Shown here: piece after piece, positions 1 through 12,910 of the stretch
Layout of the letters: the number at the start of each line of letters is the position of its first letter
Numbering within the stretch: the stretch's first letter is position 1
Assembly: GCA_009914755.4 (NCBI GenBank)
Contig: CP086569.2
Span: forward strand, 7,808,001 to 7,872,000
DNA length: 64,000 bases
DNA from: the human T2T-CHM13v2.0 reference genome, Homo sapiens
Direction of reading: 5' to 3'
Program-made: the position numbers and the translations under genes
The notes under the pieces: model-generated
Databases searched by the model: none
Told to the model about the DNA's origin: nothing
What the model saw: the letters and a program-made list of their open reading frames with translations, nothing else

Positions 1-59
1 CAGATAAGACATCCACTAAGGAGATACTTCTATACCATAAAGCCTGGGATTAATCACCA

Positions 60-1565
60 ATAAAACAACATGAAAAGATATGACATTTAGCAAAGAGAGA
101 ATAATCTCTACTAGGCTAGGACAGAAAAGGTAGAGAGACTTTCACTCAATGAGTCAGGGAATAATTCCTACCAAAAGGCGACAGCAAAAAAAAAAAAAAA
201 AAAAAAAAGACACTTTAAGCTCAGAGAGTTAGGGAATAGTCCCTATTGGGAAAACAAAGCAAAAGAAAAAAACATTTTATCCTATGAAGTTAGAAAATAA
301 TTCCCTACTCAGGGATATCAGAAAGTCAGGACTTCCTGACTTAAGCCCAGTCAGCCAGAAAATAATTTCTCCTAGCAGAAGAGTCAGGAAGAATAGATAT
401 CCAACCTACATGCAAGGAAATGGGTTTTCTATAAAGAAAGACAACCATGAAGAAGAGAGTTTCAGATGAGGAGTAAAGGTCTAATGTTCACTAAAAAAAA
501 AAAAAAAAAAAGTGACTTAAATAGAGCTGACTCTCACACCAGGCTTGGAAGAAACATTTTGCCCTGAAGAATGTATTCCTCTCTCAAAAAAAGAGTATCA
601 GGTTGAAGAGAATTACAGCCCAGGGGAGTTGTAACCAAGGTTGTAATCCCTACTCAAAACAAATAAACAAACAATCAAAGAATAAACTTTGTGGAGCCTA
701 ATGGGAAGGACATCAATCTCTGTGCCTTCTTCCCTGGCTTCCTTCAGTGATTAGGGAAAGCATTTTTTCTCTCCCTGGAAAGATGTTTGAAGTCTTCAGG
801 AGCTAGAAGAAAGGTCTCAGCACCCCTAGTCTCTTCTTCTCTAGCTTGCTTTAGTAATATATCTCTGAAATCTCTCCCTGGAAAGAGGCTAGAACAAATA
901 CTACCAAAAGCCTAAATGAGAAGAACGACAGTCACTGTGCCTTTTTTCACTTCTTTCAGTGATTTCTGCAATTATTCTCTCAAAGTAGGCTGGAGACAGA
1001 CCCCTGTGAGCTAAGTAGAGACAACACTCCCCAAGACATTTTCTCTGACTTGCTCTAGCAAAATTCCCTGCAGTCTCTGTCTGGAAGGAGACAGAGAGTC
1101 AGAATACTTACAAGCCTAAATGAGAAGAAAAACACTTCCCACATTTTCTTCCCTGGCTTGTTCTAATAGCAAATTTCTGCCACCACTCACTAGAGAAAAT
1201 CAGGGAGTTAGATCTCTGAAATCCTGAATGGAAGAGAGAGCACTCCCCTTCTATCACCAGACATAGTATGCTTGCTTCACAGGCTTGTTCTAGCAACAAA
1301 TCCCACCTGCTATTCTCCCTGGACAGATTGTTTGGTAAAGTATAAATGTGACGGTGAACACTCCTAGGCCTTCTTGCTTTCTTCTCTGCCTTGCCACAGC
1401 AAGAAATCTGACTTGCAGATTCTTCCTGCAAGAAAGTTGTGTGACTTTGGCAATGCAGAATGAGAAAGCAGCCACTCTGCACTACCTTCTCCCTGGTGAT
1501 AAATCAAGGTCTGTAGACCCTCCCTGGAAGGAGCTTCTGCATATATCATGTGTCACAAATTTTAC
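60..1565. repeat. Degenerate tandem repeat array; units ~65-120 bp (period ~105-120 bp in the 700-1565 part), all in one orientation, containing two internal poly-A runs (185-208, 489-509)
   Basis: Motifs recur in register: 'ttccctggcttccttcag' / 'cttctttcagtgatttctg' / 'cttgctctagcaaaattccctgcag' / 'ggcttgttctaatagcaaatttctg' / 'ggcttgttctagcaacaaatccc' / 'gccttgccacagcaagaaatctg', and 'ctccctggaaag' / 'ctggaaggagacag' / 'ctccctggacag' every ~100-120 bp. The upstream units ('agaaaataattccctactcagg', 'agaaaataatttctcctagcag') are the same family. Confidence 0.6.
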
Positions 1566-2518
1566 AGCTTGTACCTAAGGGACTTGTCTTAAATTATCTA
1601 CTTCTGGAAGTGAATGGGACTCTCTATTTTGAGTCTCCTATATCACAGAGAACAAGATTGTCAAAATTGTAAATGTTCAATGACTATCTGTCCAGATTCA
1701 GAGTAAGCATAATGAATGACTGTACAGATGTCAGTAATGGGCACTATTCTTGGCATAGGGCAGAACTAGTTGGACATAAACTCTGAATCTACGCTTCTCC
1801 ACAAATAATATACATCTAATAGCAAAACCTTTTACCTGCATATCATGAGGCTGGCTACTATCTTGCCTATGCCAAAGGAATATTATGATTTTACACACCC
1901 TACAATCCAGGGGGCCATAAGAAGAAAGACAGTGAGTTGGACAATCACAGAATTGAGAAGCACCTGGAAACTCTGTTGCACTGTTAAGGAAATGAAATTT
2001 TCTATATAGGATGAGTTAAGGAAAACAGAATGATGGTTGTCTTCACTGACTTGCAGAAACCAACTCATAGTCAAGAAAAATGGGGCTGATGGTAGTGGGT
2101 ACAGGAAGGCAGATGGCCAGGGGGTGCAGTGGAGAGGAAAATACATTCCAAGGTAGAGAACGAAAGAAATCAATAGATTCCTGAAATCAACAGGAATCTG
2201 ATAAAATGAATGTATGTAATGTCCCTGACGGGGAAATCAAAACAAAAAGCACTAAGGTATTAACCTAAGTCAGGAGAGCAATGCATTTAAAAACTAAGAA
2301 TTTTAACAAAGAGGTAGAAAATATTTCAAGGTATCAAGAGAAATTAAAGAAGTAAAAAATACAGGAACCTAAGTCAAAAATTAAACAGAAGGTCCAAATG
2401 TTAAACTGGATCAAGCAGAACAAAGGATAAGCACAATTAAATCAAGTCTTTGAAAATAATTGGAGGATAAAAATGAAAGAGAAAAATCAGGAATCATGAA
2501 GACAGCCTAAGGAACTTA

Positions 2519-2959
<441 letters not shown>

Positions 2960-4851
2960 TCAAGACTCACCCTAACATCCTCCACAAGGAAGGTCCAAAA
3001 TAGCAAATAGATAACTAGGTATTGAATTGAACATCTTTGGGAGAATGCTAGAATTCAGCAGGGAAGTGACTGTGACTCTCTGAGGCATGAAAACTGGGGA
3101 TGGCAGCAGTATAGAGAGGGACCAAAGCAGCCAACTGGAATTGGCTCAGAACCAAAAGGAATTCTCCACTGTGGAAGAAAGAATGACCACATTTGCAATC
3201 CTGGATGCAGAGAATCCCCTTGGCCCTGTGAGGACAGATCCTAAGCCTAATACAGAGACCTGCCTGATGTCCACACAACTATATTGTCCCAGAGAGGGAA
3301 CTCATGCAAGACCCCATGCCCACAGAAGCCCTCACTGCTGGTGCATGGCCCACTGTTGAGGGTGATATTGGGCAAAAGGCAGTCTACAACCTACATTAGA
3401 GCCTTTTGCCCAGAGGTCCAATATCCCCTGCATCTCCATGTCCTGGGTCCTTGCTCATATGCTGTCTTGTCTGCACAGAGGCTTCAGTGTCACAGTGTCA
3501 GCTGGATGCAACAATGTGGCTGTGTCTGTGGTAATGGAAATCATGCAGCATCCTATACCCTAAGGAATAGGCATTCCAGCATACTTGAAAGGCTGCCTCA
3601 AAACGTAGGGAACAAAAATATGTGATCCATAGAGCATGGAAAATCCCTGCCTGAGGATGCTGCCACTGAGGCACCAACTCCTCCCAACCCCTCAGCAGCA
3701 AGACAACCACACACACACCAGTGAGTGTCACATCAGGACCCACAACCCAGAACCTAAACTGCCACTGCCACTACAGGCACCCACATGTACCACATGGAGG
3801 ACCAAAGCCTGGCCCACCTAGGCCACAGCCACCACAGTGGGGCCCTTCCATGCTGCCTGGGACCCCTAAACTGACCTGCCCAATGCAGATGTCACAGCTG
3901 GTTTCTTCTGATGCTACCAAGGATCCTGAGTACAGGCCTGCCCAGCACAACCAAACCCCACCAAAGTTTCATCACAGGCTCTTAAAACAACTACAACCTA
4001 AGCCATTAAGGCACTCTCATACATTTCTGATATTTAGTGTAGCTAAAGAAATAATATTAAGACCATGCTATGCTACTTACCAAGAACCAAAGTCAAAGTA
4101 CTCTGCCCAGTCGACATTATAGATGCATGTACAGGGAATAGTTTTGTCCCAGTGCTTTTCTTTAAACTTCAGATAATTTTCTCACATGGATATGCAGATT
4201 AACAGGCAGTGGAAGGCCCGCGTGAACTCTTTTGCCTCTCTGGGGTTTCCTTTTTGTGTAAGTCCTCTTTTATTTTCTGGCATTTTGCTCTACAAATTCT
4301 AGCTTTATTGGTATGGTTGAACTCTGATTTTAGTCTTCTCAAACTAACAACACCCCCTAAGTTATGGACTGGCGATAAGCAGGGTTCATTCTTACACTGT
4401 CTTTATTCATCTTTTCTGAGAAATTTTTGTTTGGTGCTGCCTGTAATTGAACGTAGAAAAATCTTTTGTTCATATTTCTGTCTAGTTTTATACTTATTTA
4501 ACCTGGGAGGGTAAATATGGTCTCCATTGCCCCATGGTGGTTAGTGGCATAATGGGCCATGGAAGGCTTTCAGAAGTCGTTTTTGAAGACACAACACAAA
4601 TTCTGTTTGCATAATGAACTTAGATAAAATATAGGCAAGAAAATAATGTTAGCAGAAAGAAGGCCCTACAGAAATCTTTTTAGCAAGTTGTGCAAATATA
4701 ATTCAAATTTAGTTGAAACATTTGTATAAGCTTGTCTATATAAGACTTTCTGTGTCAAAGGAATACATACAGATAAAAATTTCAGAAAAAACATAGAAAC
4801 TGGCTTATTATATTTTCAAAAATAATCCACATTTATTTTATTGTATTTTAC

Positions 4852-5119
4852 TTTTTTGAAACAGAGTCCAGTTCTCTGGCCCACGCTGGAGTGCAATGGT
4901 GCGATCTTGGCTCTCTGCAAGCTCTGCCTCCTGGAGGCGATTCTCCTGCCTCCTGGGTACCTGGGACTACATGCGTATGCCACCAGACGTGGCAATTTTT
5001 TTTTGTATTTTTAGTAAAGATCAGCTTATGTCATGTTGGCCACACTGGTCTCATTTGAGGTACACCTGCCTCAGCCTCCTAAAGTGCTGGGATTAGAGGC
5101 ATGAGCCACCTTGCCTGGC
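4852..5119 (-). mobile_element. Alu SINE in minus orientation, flanked by a ~14-17 bp TSD
   Basis: Poly-T head, then '...gagacggagtc'-type body, ending 'gagccaccttgcctggc'. TSD 'aa(a)taatccacattt' at 4819-4833 and 'aaaaatccacattt' at 5137-5150. Confidence 0.9.
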
Positions 5120-6516
5120 AAAAAAAAAAAAAAGAAAAAAATCCACATTTTAAAATAAAATAGAATACAACTTATTGTGGACATTACCATTTTTATATCA
5201 GTCACTTGAAAAATGGCACTTCTCTCAAATGAGTAATGTATATAGGAATCAATTTTGTAAAATCAGAAAATGTGCTTTATTTCTGGGGATTCTAGGCATA
5301 TTAGATACTTTTGCCAGTTACATTTAGTATGTAGGACAAACCTATAGTCTGATAAAATTGTATTGACTTGGTAGAGTAAGACAGACCATGCCTGAGGGAC
5401 AACTAAAGTAATAAAACTAGGCACTGTAGGATTTATGGGAAATGTGGTGAGTAGATATTTAGACAGAGCAGAGTTTCAATAGGTTCAAGGTGCAGTACGC
5501 CTGTGTATGAAATGCGAAAACATCATGTTTAGACTGTGAGAGAACTCAGTGTCTTTATTCCTTGTAGATCACAAGTTGACATTTGTGTGGAATTTTGAGT
5601 GCAAATTCTTGTTATTTGAAGCTATGTACCTAGAATGGAAATCTTTTTTTCTTCTGTAGAAAGTGACATACATCAGCCAGGCAAGAGTACTAAGTTTTAT
5701 TTTTACTGACAATATTTCAAACTGCAAATACTCTGTTTATAATTTCAGAACATAAAGTTTCTCAGTGAGTAAGAAAGCAGAAGTCATTCAGATATGATAA
5801 TTTTTATGACCCTTTATAGCTGTACCCAGACTTTGGCAGAAATATTGATTTCCCTTAAGTCGGGAGGTGGCTTTTCAGTTCTCCTCTCAGCATGATGGAT
5901 TGAGATGGTGGATTTTATCCTTCTCAGCTTTGTTTTATTTTCTAACCTGTTAGAATTTACTTATCTCAGCATTATTGTGATTTCCAGTAACAAAGCTGAA
6001 CTTGCTTGTTTATACTATATACAATTTAAAGTAAAGAAAACTACCACATTAGCTTCTACATTTCAAAATAAAACTCAGTAAAACTTGGTTATATTTATTA
6101 CCATGAGTGTCTGTATGCTTTTACTACATTTGTATGCAATTTAATATAAGTAGTTTAAATTTAACATTAGTATTAGTGGCATCAACTATGGGTGCTCTTT
6201 TTAGTATTGGCTCTTTTTTGTGCACACTTAGGTGATTTCTTACATTTTGCTATTAAATATTGTTTCAGATAACTTTCTTCTGCATTCCTACTTTCCTAAT
6301 GTACAAGGAAATTTGTAAGTAGGGATTTTATATTGATAGTAATACAGTAACACACATGTACATTTGTACGTGTTTAATATAAACAGACCAGTTAGAGAAT
6401 ATAAAGTGCAAAATAAAACAAGTAAATATTGCCCAGTTCTCAAATGATGAAGAAATCAGTCTTCATGGCAAAATCTTCAGCATGAAGTCATTTGGCACTC
6501 TACAAAATAAACAAAG

Positions 6517-6833
6517 GTCGGGAGATGTGGCGCAAGCTTGTAACCCAGCACTTTTGGAGGCTGAGAAAATCAGATCACAGGAGTTCAAGACCAGCATGGA
6601 AACCAACACCAGAAACCTTGTCTCTACCAAAAATATGAAAATTAGCCAGACATGGTGGTGCATGCCTCTGCAGTATCTTACAGTTATTTGGGAGGCTGAG
6701 GCATGAGAATGGTTTGAACCTGGGAGGCTGAGTCTGCTGTGAGTTGAGATTGCACCATGAACCCTAGCCTGGGTGACAGAGCAAGACTTCAACTCAAAAA
6801 TAAACATGAAAATAAACAAATATGTAAATAATA
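6517..6833 (+). mobile_element. Alu SINE with an A-rich 3' tail
   Basis: 'ggtcgggagatgtggcgcaagcttgtaacccagcacttttggaggctgag...gagcaagacttcaactcaaaaataaacatgaaaataaacaaa'. Confidence 0.9.
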
Positions 6834-6867
6834 GACAGGGTATCCTTCACTTCAGGCAGTTATCGTT

Positions 6868-6884
6868 TCTCTCTCTCTCTCTCT
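6868..6884. repeat. (CT)n microsatellite
   Basis: 'tctctctctctctctc' immediately 5' of the poly-T of the next Alu fragment. Confidence 0.9.
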
Positions 6885-7034
6885 TTTTTTTTTTTTTGAG
6901 ACAATATCTCACTCTGTTGTCCACACTGGATTGCACTGGCATCATCATAGCTCACAGCAGGCTTGACTTCCTGGGTTCAAATATTAGAGCCTCCCATTTC
7001 AGCCTCCTGAGTAGCTGGAATTACAGGCACACAC
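6885..7034 (-). mobile_element. 5'-truncated Alu (right arm only), minus orientation
   Basis: Poly-T, then 'gagacaatatctcactctgttgtccacactggattgcactggcatcatcatagctcacagcaggcttgacttcctgggttcaaatattagagcctcccatttcagcctcctgagtagctggaattacaggcacacac'. No left arm. Confidence 0.8.
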
Positions 7035-7624
7035 AAACATGTGCAGCGTGTTTGTGTGAGTGTGTTCTTTTGTTTCTGGACTATATTTTCTTTTGAATCA
7101 CACCTTTTTATAACCCAATCTTTCTATTCATTATTTTAGTTAATCTCTGGTTCAACTGCTATGTGCTTTAATATTAACTTTTTTTCATGAGGTAGCATGG
7201 GTTACACATTTGAATCTCTAGTATATGTAAAGTTTTCTTTCCACTAATTTTCCATGGGTTTGAAAATTTAGGTGTATGAAATTTTGGGTCATGCCATATT
7301 TTTTACCAGTAATTCTTTAGACATTGCCAAATAATCTGGAGATTTGTTTATAAAACAGACATGTGAGGCCAATTTGACCAGTGACTTGCATTCAGGAAAA
7401 CTCTTAATTTATTTTTATGTTATAAGATTTTTTAACACATGAAATTAAAAAATTTGGCCAGGATAAGCTCAATGCCTCTCCCAGTTTGTATAAGTAAGGC
7501 TAACACAAGACCATTGTATACTGTGTTGTTTCTTTATGGCATTAATTTATCTTTCTGAATTATCACTACCTGTTGACCTGCCTCCTTGCCTCATAGGCTC
7601 CACTTGACTCTTTAGCCACATTAA

Positions 7625-7929
<305 letters not shown>

Positions 7930-9868
7930 TCAATATTGGCTTTTTAAATGCTGTATCTTTAGCATGTTGCACAGTGCTTGATACAGCATAACTCTCAATA
8001 AATCCTGTTTCATAAAATTCCACAATTTGACACCATTTCTGTAAGTGAAGTCTAATTAAATCCATGGGATAGACATGTTAAGGAATGAGAATTAAGGGTC
8101 TACATATTTTTAAATAGAAAATTGAGAGAAGATTAAAATATTGGTGCAAAAATTGAAGACATTATTTGATAATGTTATTTAATATTTGATAACACATTAT
8201 CAATATTATGAATGAACTCAAGTTGCCTTATCTTTAGTGCATCTGTTGACTCTTGCATGGATGTTTACTTCATTACGGTAACTTTCAGTGATTTCTGATG
8301 CTCTGATTATTTCTAGTAGGCATTGTCTTTCCTGGGAGCACCGTGCATTTTGGATGCTAGTACACACATGCATTTCCATTTTACCTCTGAGAGGATGCAA
8401 AATTTACTCTCAATACAGTAGATGCCCATCTGTAAAGTAAAAATTCGAATTGAGTTGCATGTGGGTAGGCTTCTGTTCCAATTGCTGACAGGCCACTCTG
8501 TCCCCCACCACCCCTGAGTGATATGCAGAAGGAACGCTGCCAACCATTCTCCAGGAGAAAAATCAGATCATGTCTCATAGTTTCTGAGTTTATGTGGTGG
8601 TTTTATGCCTTTCAAGATATGAGAACCTCATCTTGCACCTTAGCTGGGAATCAAAACTCATGATCTCACCCTGCAAAGGGTAAATCTGTGTTGGAAAACA
8701 GCCCACCTTGGCTTCAGCTCTAGCTTACAGCACGAGCTTTATGATCCTGTTTCATATCCCGCATGTGATTTTTTTGGTTCTACTGTGAATATTTAATAGT
8801 TCTCATTTACATAGCATTCCTATGTTTTTGGAGAAGTTAACTCTGCTGTATCAACTGGACATCTTTATATTTCCAGTGTCTTCCCAAATCTGTGGGCCGT
8901 GGTGGCACCTCCTGAATTAACCATTTAATAAATGAATAAAGCAGGTGTGAATACGCTATGAGAGTCACAGTGTGGATGTTCATTGAGAGGGTGGACAGTA
9001 GACCCCAAAATGTTTCAGGAAAAATAACAAGAAATAGTGGGAAAGGGGAGAGTATAAAACAGCAGACCCAACACTGAGGAATAATTTTTGTGACTTGCAA
9101 AAGCTGCCTGAGACCTGATTTCTGTAGGAAAGTATTTTTAAAATCATAATAGTGACCCTAGTTTTGCCATGTGGATGTTTTACTTATTGCGTTTTATTAA
9201 GGTTCTGTAGCTCTTCACTAAATACATGCTATAAAACTTCTGCCCAAACAAAGGAACATGTCATCAGAAATAAATAGTTTGGAATAGTGGAAATACCATC
9301 TAATGCAAATTTTTGGTAGCAAATTCCTTTCTGTAACATCCCTGGCTTGAAAAATTTGGATCATACTACAGGTGATTATTTTTTTTTCACAATCATGTTA
9401 GTTTTCTCCCAAATAGAAACTTTGTGTTGACTGCTTTCCAGACGTACCCACTCTGGCTAATTCTTATGAAAAGGTCTTTCATTGTTCAAAGAAAGAAAAA
9501 TTCAACAAATTTCTCTGTGTATTTATTTTTCATTTGATAAAAAAATAGTTTAACTAACTAGGACATACATTCCATTCTCTCAGCCACTGTGGTAACAGAC
9601 CTTTTTTTTTTTTTCCATCAACATTTGCTTAAGAGAGTATGAATGGCAGGATAGTACTTGCTAGGAAAGTAGATTATAAAGATAAATGTAAGAAGCCTTA
9701 CATTATTTCCCCAACCAGTTCCAGATGTGCCTTTATGCCTATTATATCTCATAAACACCAGGACAGGTACACCAGCTGCTCTCTACTCTCAGAGGGCATG
9801 ATATTTCTTCTCATTCTGGCACCAGCCACCACTTCCTAAGGAAAGAAACTCTCACAAGTCTGAAGTAA

Positions 9869-9968
9869 GCAGGTGGAGATTTCACCAGTGCTACAGAAAA
9901 AAGAGTAGGTCCTGATAGGCAGGTGGAGCTTTCACCAGTGCTATAGATAAAAGACTGGGACCTGATAG
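9869..9968. repeat. Two-copy 50 bp tandem duplication directly upstream of a 26-nt poly-A run (9995-10020)
   Basis: 'gcaggtggagatttcaccagtgctacagaaaaaagagtaggtcctgatag' repeated as 'gcaggtggagctttcaccagtgctatagataaaagactgggacctgatag'. The run of 26 A follows 27 bp later. Confidence 0.8.
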
Positions 9969-9994
9969 CTCTCTGCTGACAGTGTGCTTCCATT

Positions 9995-10025
<31 letters not shown>

Positions 10026-12607
10026 ACAATATAAAAGACACGAAATTCAGACATTAAAAACAATTCTTTGGATATTAAAAATTGTAGTCTTCTGATATTT
10101 TATAACGGTTATATCTACTTCTCTTGGCAATGTTTCACTCAGTGGGAGTGAAAACAAAGGGACTTAACTCCCTAGACAGACTGAATAATACATGGCTTAC
10201 TCGCTTCTATTAGTATGAACACTTTCTTTTTTGTTATTAAATTTTTGTACAATGCAATAACACAAAAGAAAATTGTGCTGCAGTGTATAAAATGTATGAT
10301 GTGTTAGCTTATGTTAAAATCAGAAACACTGTTCAAGTGCTGTAAAAATATGAGATGTATATTATTCTTTATATTATGGGTTTTATTTTATCAAATGGTA
10401 AGATTAGACATTTTCTTTCTCTTAATAAAAACATAAGACTACACTTTCAAGAAAGCCTGAGAAGTACTGTCCTGAGCATCTTGATTTCTTGAATATTGGC
10501 CACAAATTACTATGTTACTGTTTGATACTAGAAAAAAAACATCCCAACACAACTCCCAGTAAGATATGGAAGTACATCATTCCAAGCTTGACAAACTACA
10601 ATATGATGATTGCCTAAAGGGGATTCCAAATCTTACAGCAATTTTTTCTCCCTTCACACATATTAACTTGAACACTATGTTCAATTCCCATCATGAACTC
10701 ACACATGAACACACCACACCCCACCACGTTCTGCAGTGGAAACACTGCTGGCCCTGTCCTGGTGAAGGACAGAAAAATCAAAATCCATTGAGTCTCCATC
10801 AATAAGCTCATAGGTTGGTACCTCTAGACTCCTCTGAAACAGGCAGAAGTAACTTCAGAAAAGTTTCCAGAAAAAAATCTATATTCATAATTTTGCCCTG
10901 ATACTTAGGAGAGTTGATGCTGGTATTTTTTTTAACCTTTGTTCCATCGTTTGTAAAATGGCTAAAATAACCTGGGCCATTCCTTACCCCATGATTTTTA
11001 TCATAATCAGGTGAGATAACATATGTAGAAATCTGGAAATTGTTTATAAAATTTAATATTCCTATTTTTTGAAAGGTTTATATTTGGTATATGTAGCAAA
11101 TGTGCATGCCTTTCTATGTACCAGTCAGTGTTCTAAGTGGCCTAAGTTTTTAACTCATTTCATCATCCCAATCTCTGTATGAAGTATAAATGACTTTCAG
11201 CCCCATTTGATATATCAGTAAGCTGAGACACTGAGAGACAAAGTAATTCATTTATTCTATTAATACCTATACTATACCAATATTTTAAGGATGTCACTGA
11301 CTGAACTCATGCCATGCATATGCTATCCCATGCCTAGGCTATAAGACCAGGAGACTAGTATATAAATTGGTTTAACTATACAATGTAAAAGCAAGATTCC
11401 ACATAGAAGCCCTCAAAATACAGTGTGAGCCAATCCTAGGAAAAAGAAGAGAGAAATCAAAATATCTAAATTGTCTAAATGGAAACAATGGACTTTGGCC
11501 ATGGAGGAACAAAGGATAATGATAGTGACCTACTCCTGAACAGCCCTTAACTGTGTAAGATTGGGCCCTTTGATTGTCCTTTGTTAGCATCATTATCATA
11601 TTACTTGTAAGCAATAGCAGAAATTAAAAATGTGACAAAGAAGTATTTGAGATATGATACATCCTATTGGTGAGAGTAAAAGGATGAAATGAAGATGTTA
11701 TTAAATTAAAATGAGCAAGGGAAAGATGGGAATACAAATAAGTAAGTATCACCAAATTGTTCAGATAATGCAGAAAGAGCTCAGAGAATGCATCAGAGTA
11801 ATTCTACCCATAGTGTACTATTTGACTAGAACACCACATCCTTCATGTACTCTTTGACTAGAACACCATGTCCTTAAGAACTAACCTTAAGTAGGCATGG
11901 CACCAACGATACCTTTGTGGGGAAAGCAGAAATTCAGATGCATTTACAGAGTGTGTTATGGCGTATATGCGACTTCCCTTCAGCTACTCGATCTCTGTCT
12001 GTTTTGTTATGACTACTTTTTTAGAGATTTTGGTATTGCTTCCCAGTTACCAATTACCTAATCACATAACATTAGTTTCTAGCATGCACTTTAGCTCCCA
12101 GAAGCAGAGATGACTTTGGTAAGGGGGCATAGCTAATTTATTTATGATCTATCACTGAGTAACAAATAATATTGAAACTTAGTGGCTTAAAAAAACACCA
12201 TTAATTACTTCACAGTTTATGTGGTTCTGGAAACTGGGCATAGTTATCAGGGTATGTCTGGCTCAAGGCTTCTCGTGAGATTGCAATCAAGGTGTTAACC
12301 AGGATTTCAGTCATTGTAATACACATGTAGGGAAAGATGTGCTTCCAAGCTTGTTCACCTGGTTGTTGGCAGGGTTTAGTTCTCAATGGGCTGTTGGGCT
12401 AAGGACTTCAGTTCCTAACTGGCTATTAGCTAAAGGCTGCCTCTACGTATTGACACATGAGTGTGCTCATAATGCAGCTCAAACATGACAGGCAGCTTTC
12501 TAGGAAACAGCTTGGACAGGGGTGGGTGAGGTGTTCCACATTTGGGCTTCCACATGTGAGATGTATAAGCAAAGTACTTTAAAATATTAGTAAAATAAAT
12601 CATTAAG

Positions 12608-12910
12608 GGGACCCTGCATGGTGGCTTGTTCCTATAATTCCAGCACTTTGAGAGGTCAAGGCAGGAAGATTGCTTGAGTCCAGGAGTCTGAAAGTAGCCT
12701 GGGCGACATAGCAAGACCCATCTCTACAATAAGCACATAAATAAAAATTTCGCTTGGCATGGTAGTGCATATCTCTTGTTCCAGCCACTTGGGAAGCTGA
12801 GGTGGGAGGACCACTTGAGCCCAGGATTTCAGGACTGCTGGGAGCTATAATCATTCCACTGCACTCCAGCCAGGGCAACAGAGTGAGACCCTATATCAGG
12901 AAACAAAATA
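12608..12910 (+). mobile_element. Alu SINE
   Basis: 'gggaccctgcatggtggcttgttcctataattccagcactttgagaggtcaaggcaggaagattgcttgagtccagg...cactgcactccagccagggcaacagagtgagaccctatatcagg'. Confidence 0.92.

Noticed and set aside
3636-4122. Overlapping proline/histidine-rich ORFs (61-133 aa)
   Set aside because: Low-complexity CA/CC-rich DNA ('ccacacacacaccag...ccactgccactacag'). No start context, splice signals or recognisable domain.
11818-11880. ~32-bp tandem duplication ('tttgactagaacaccacatccttcatgtactc' / 'tttgactagaacaccatgtccttaagaacta'), and a similar ~27-bp one at 16996-17050
   Set aside because: Small two-copy slippage-type duplications. Real, but too minor to list as features.
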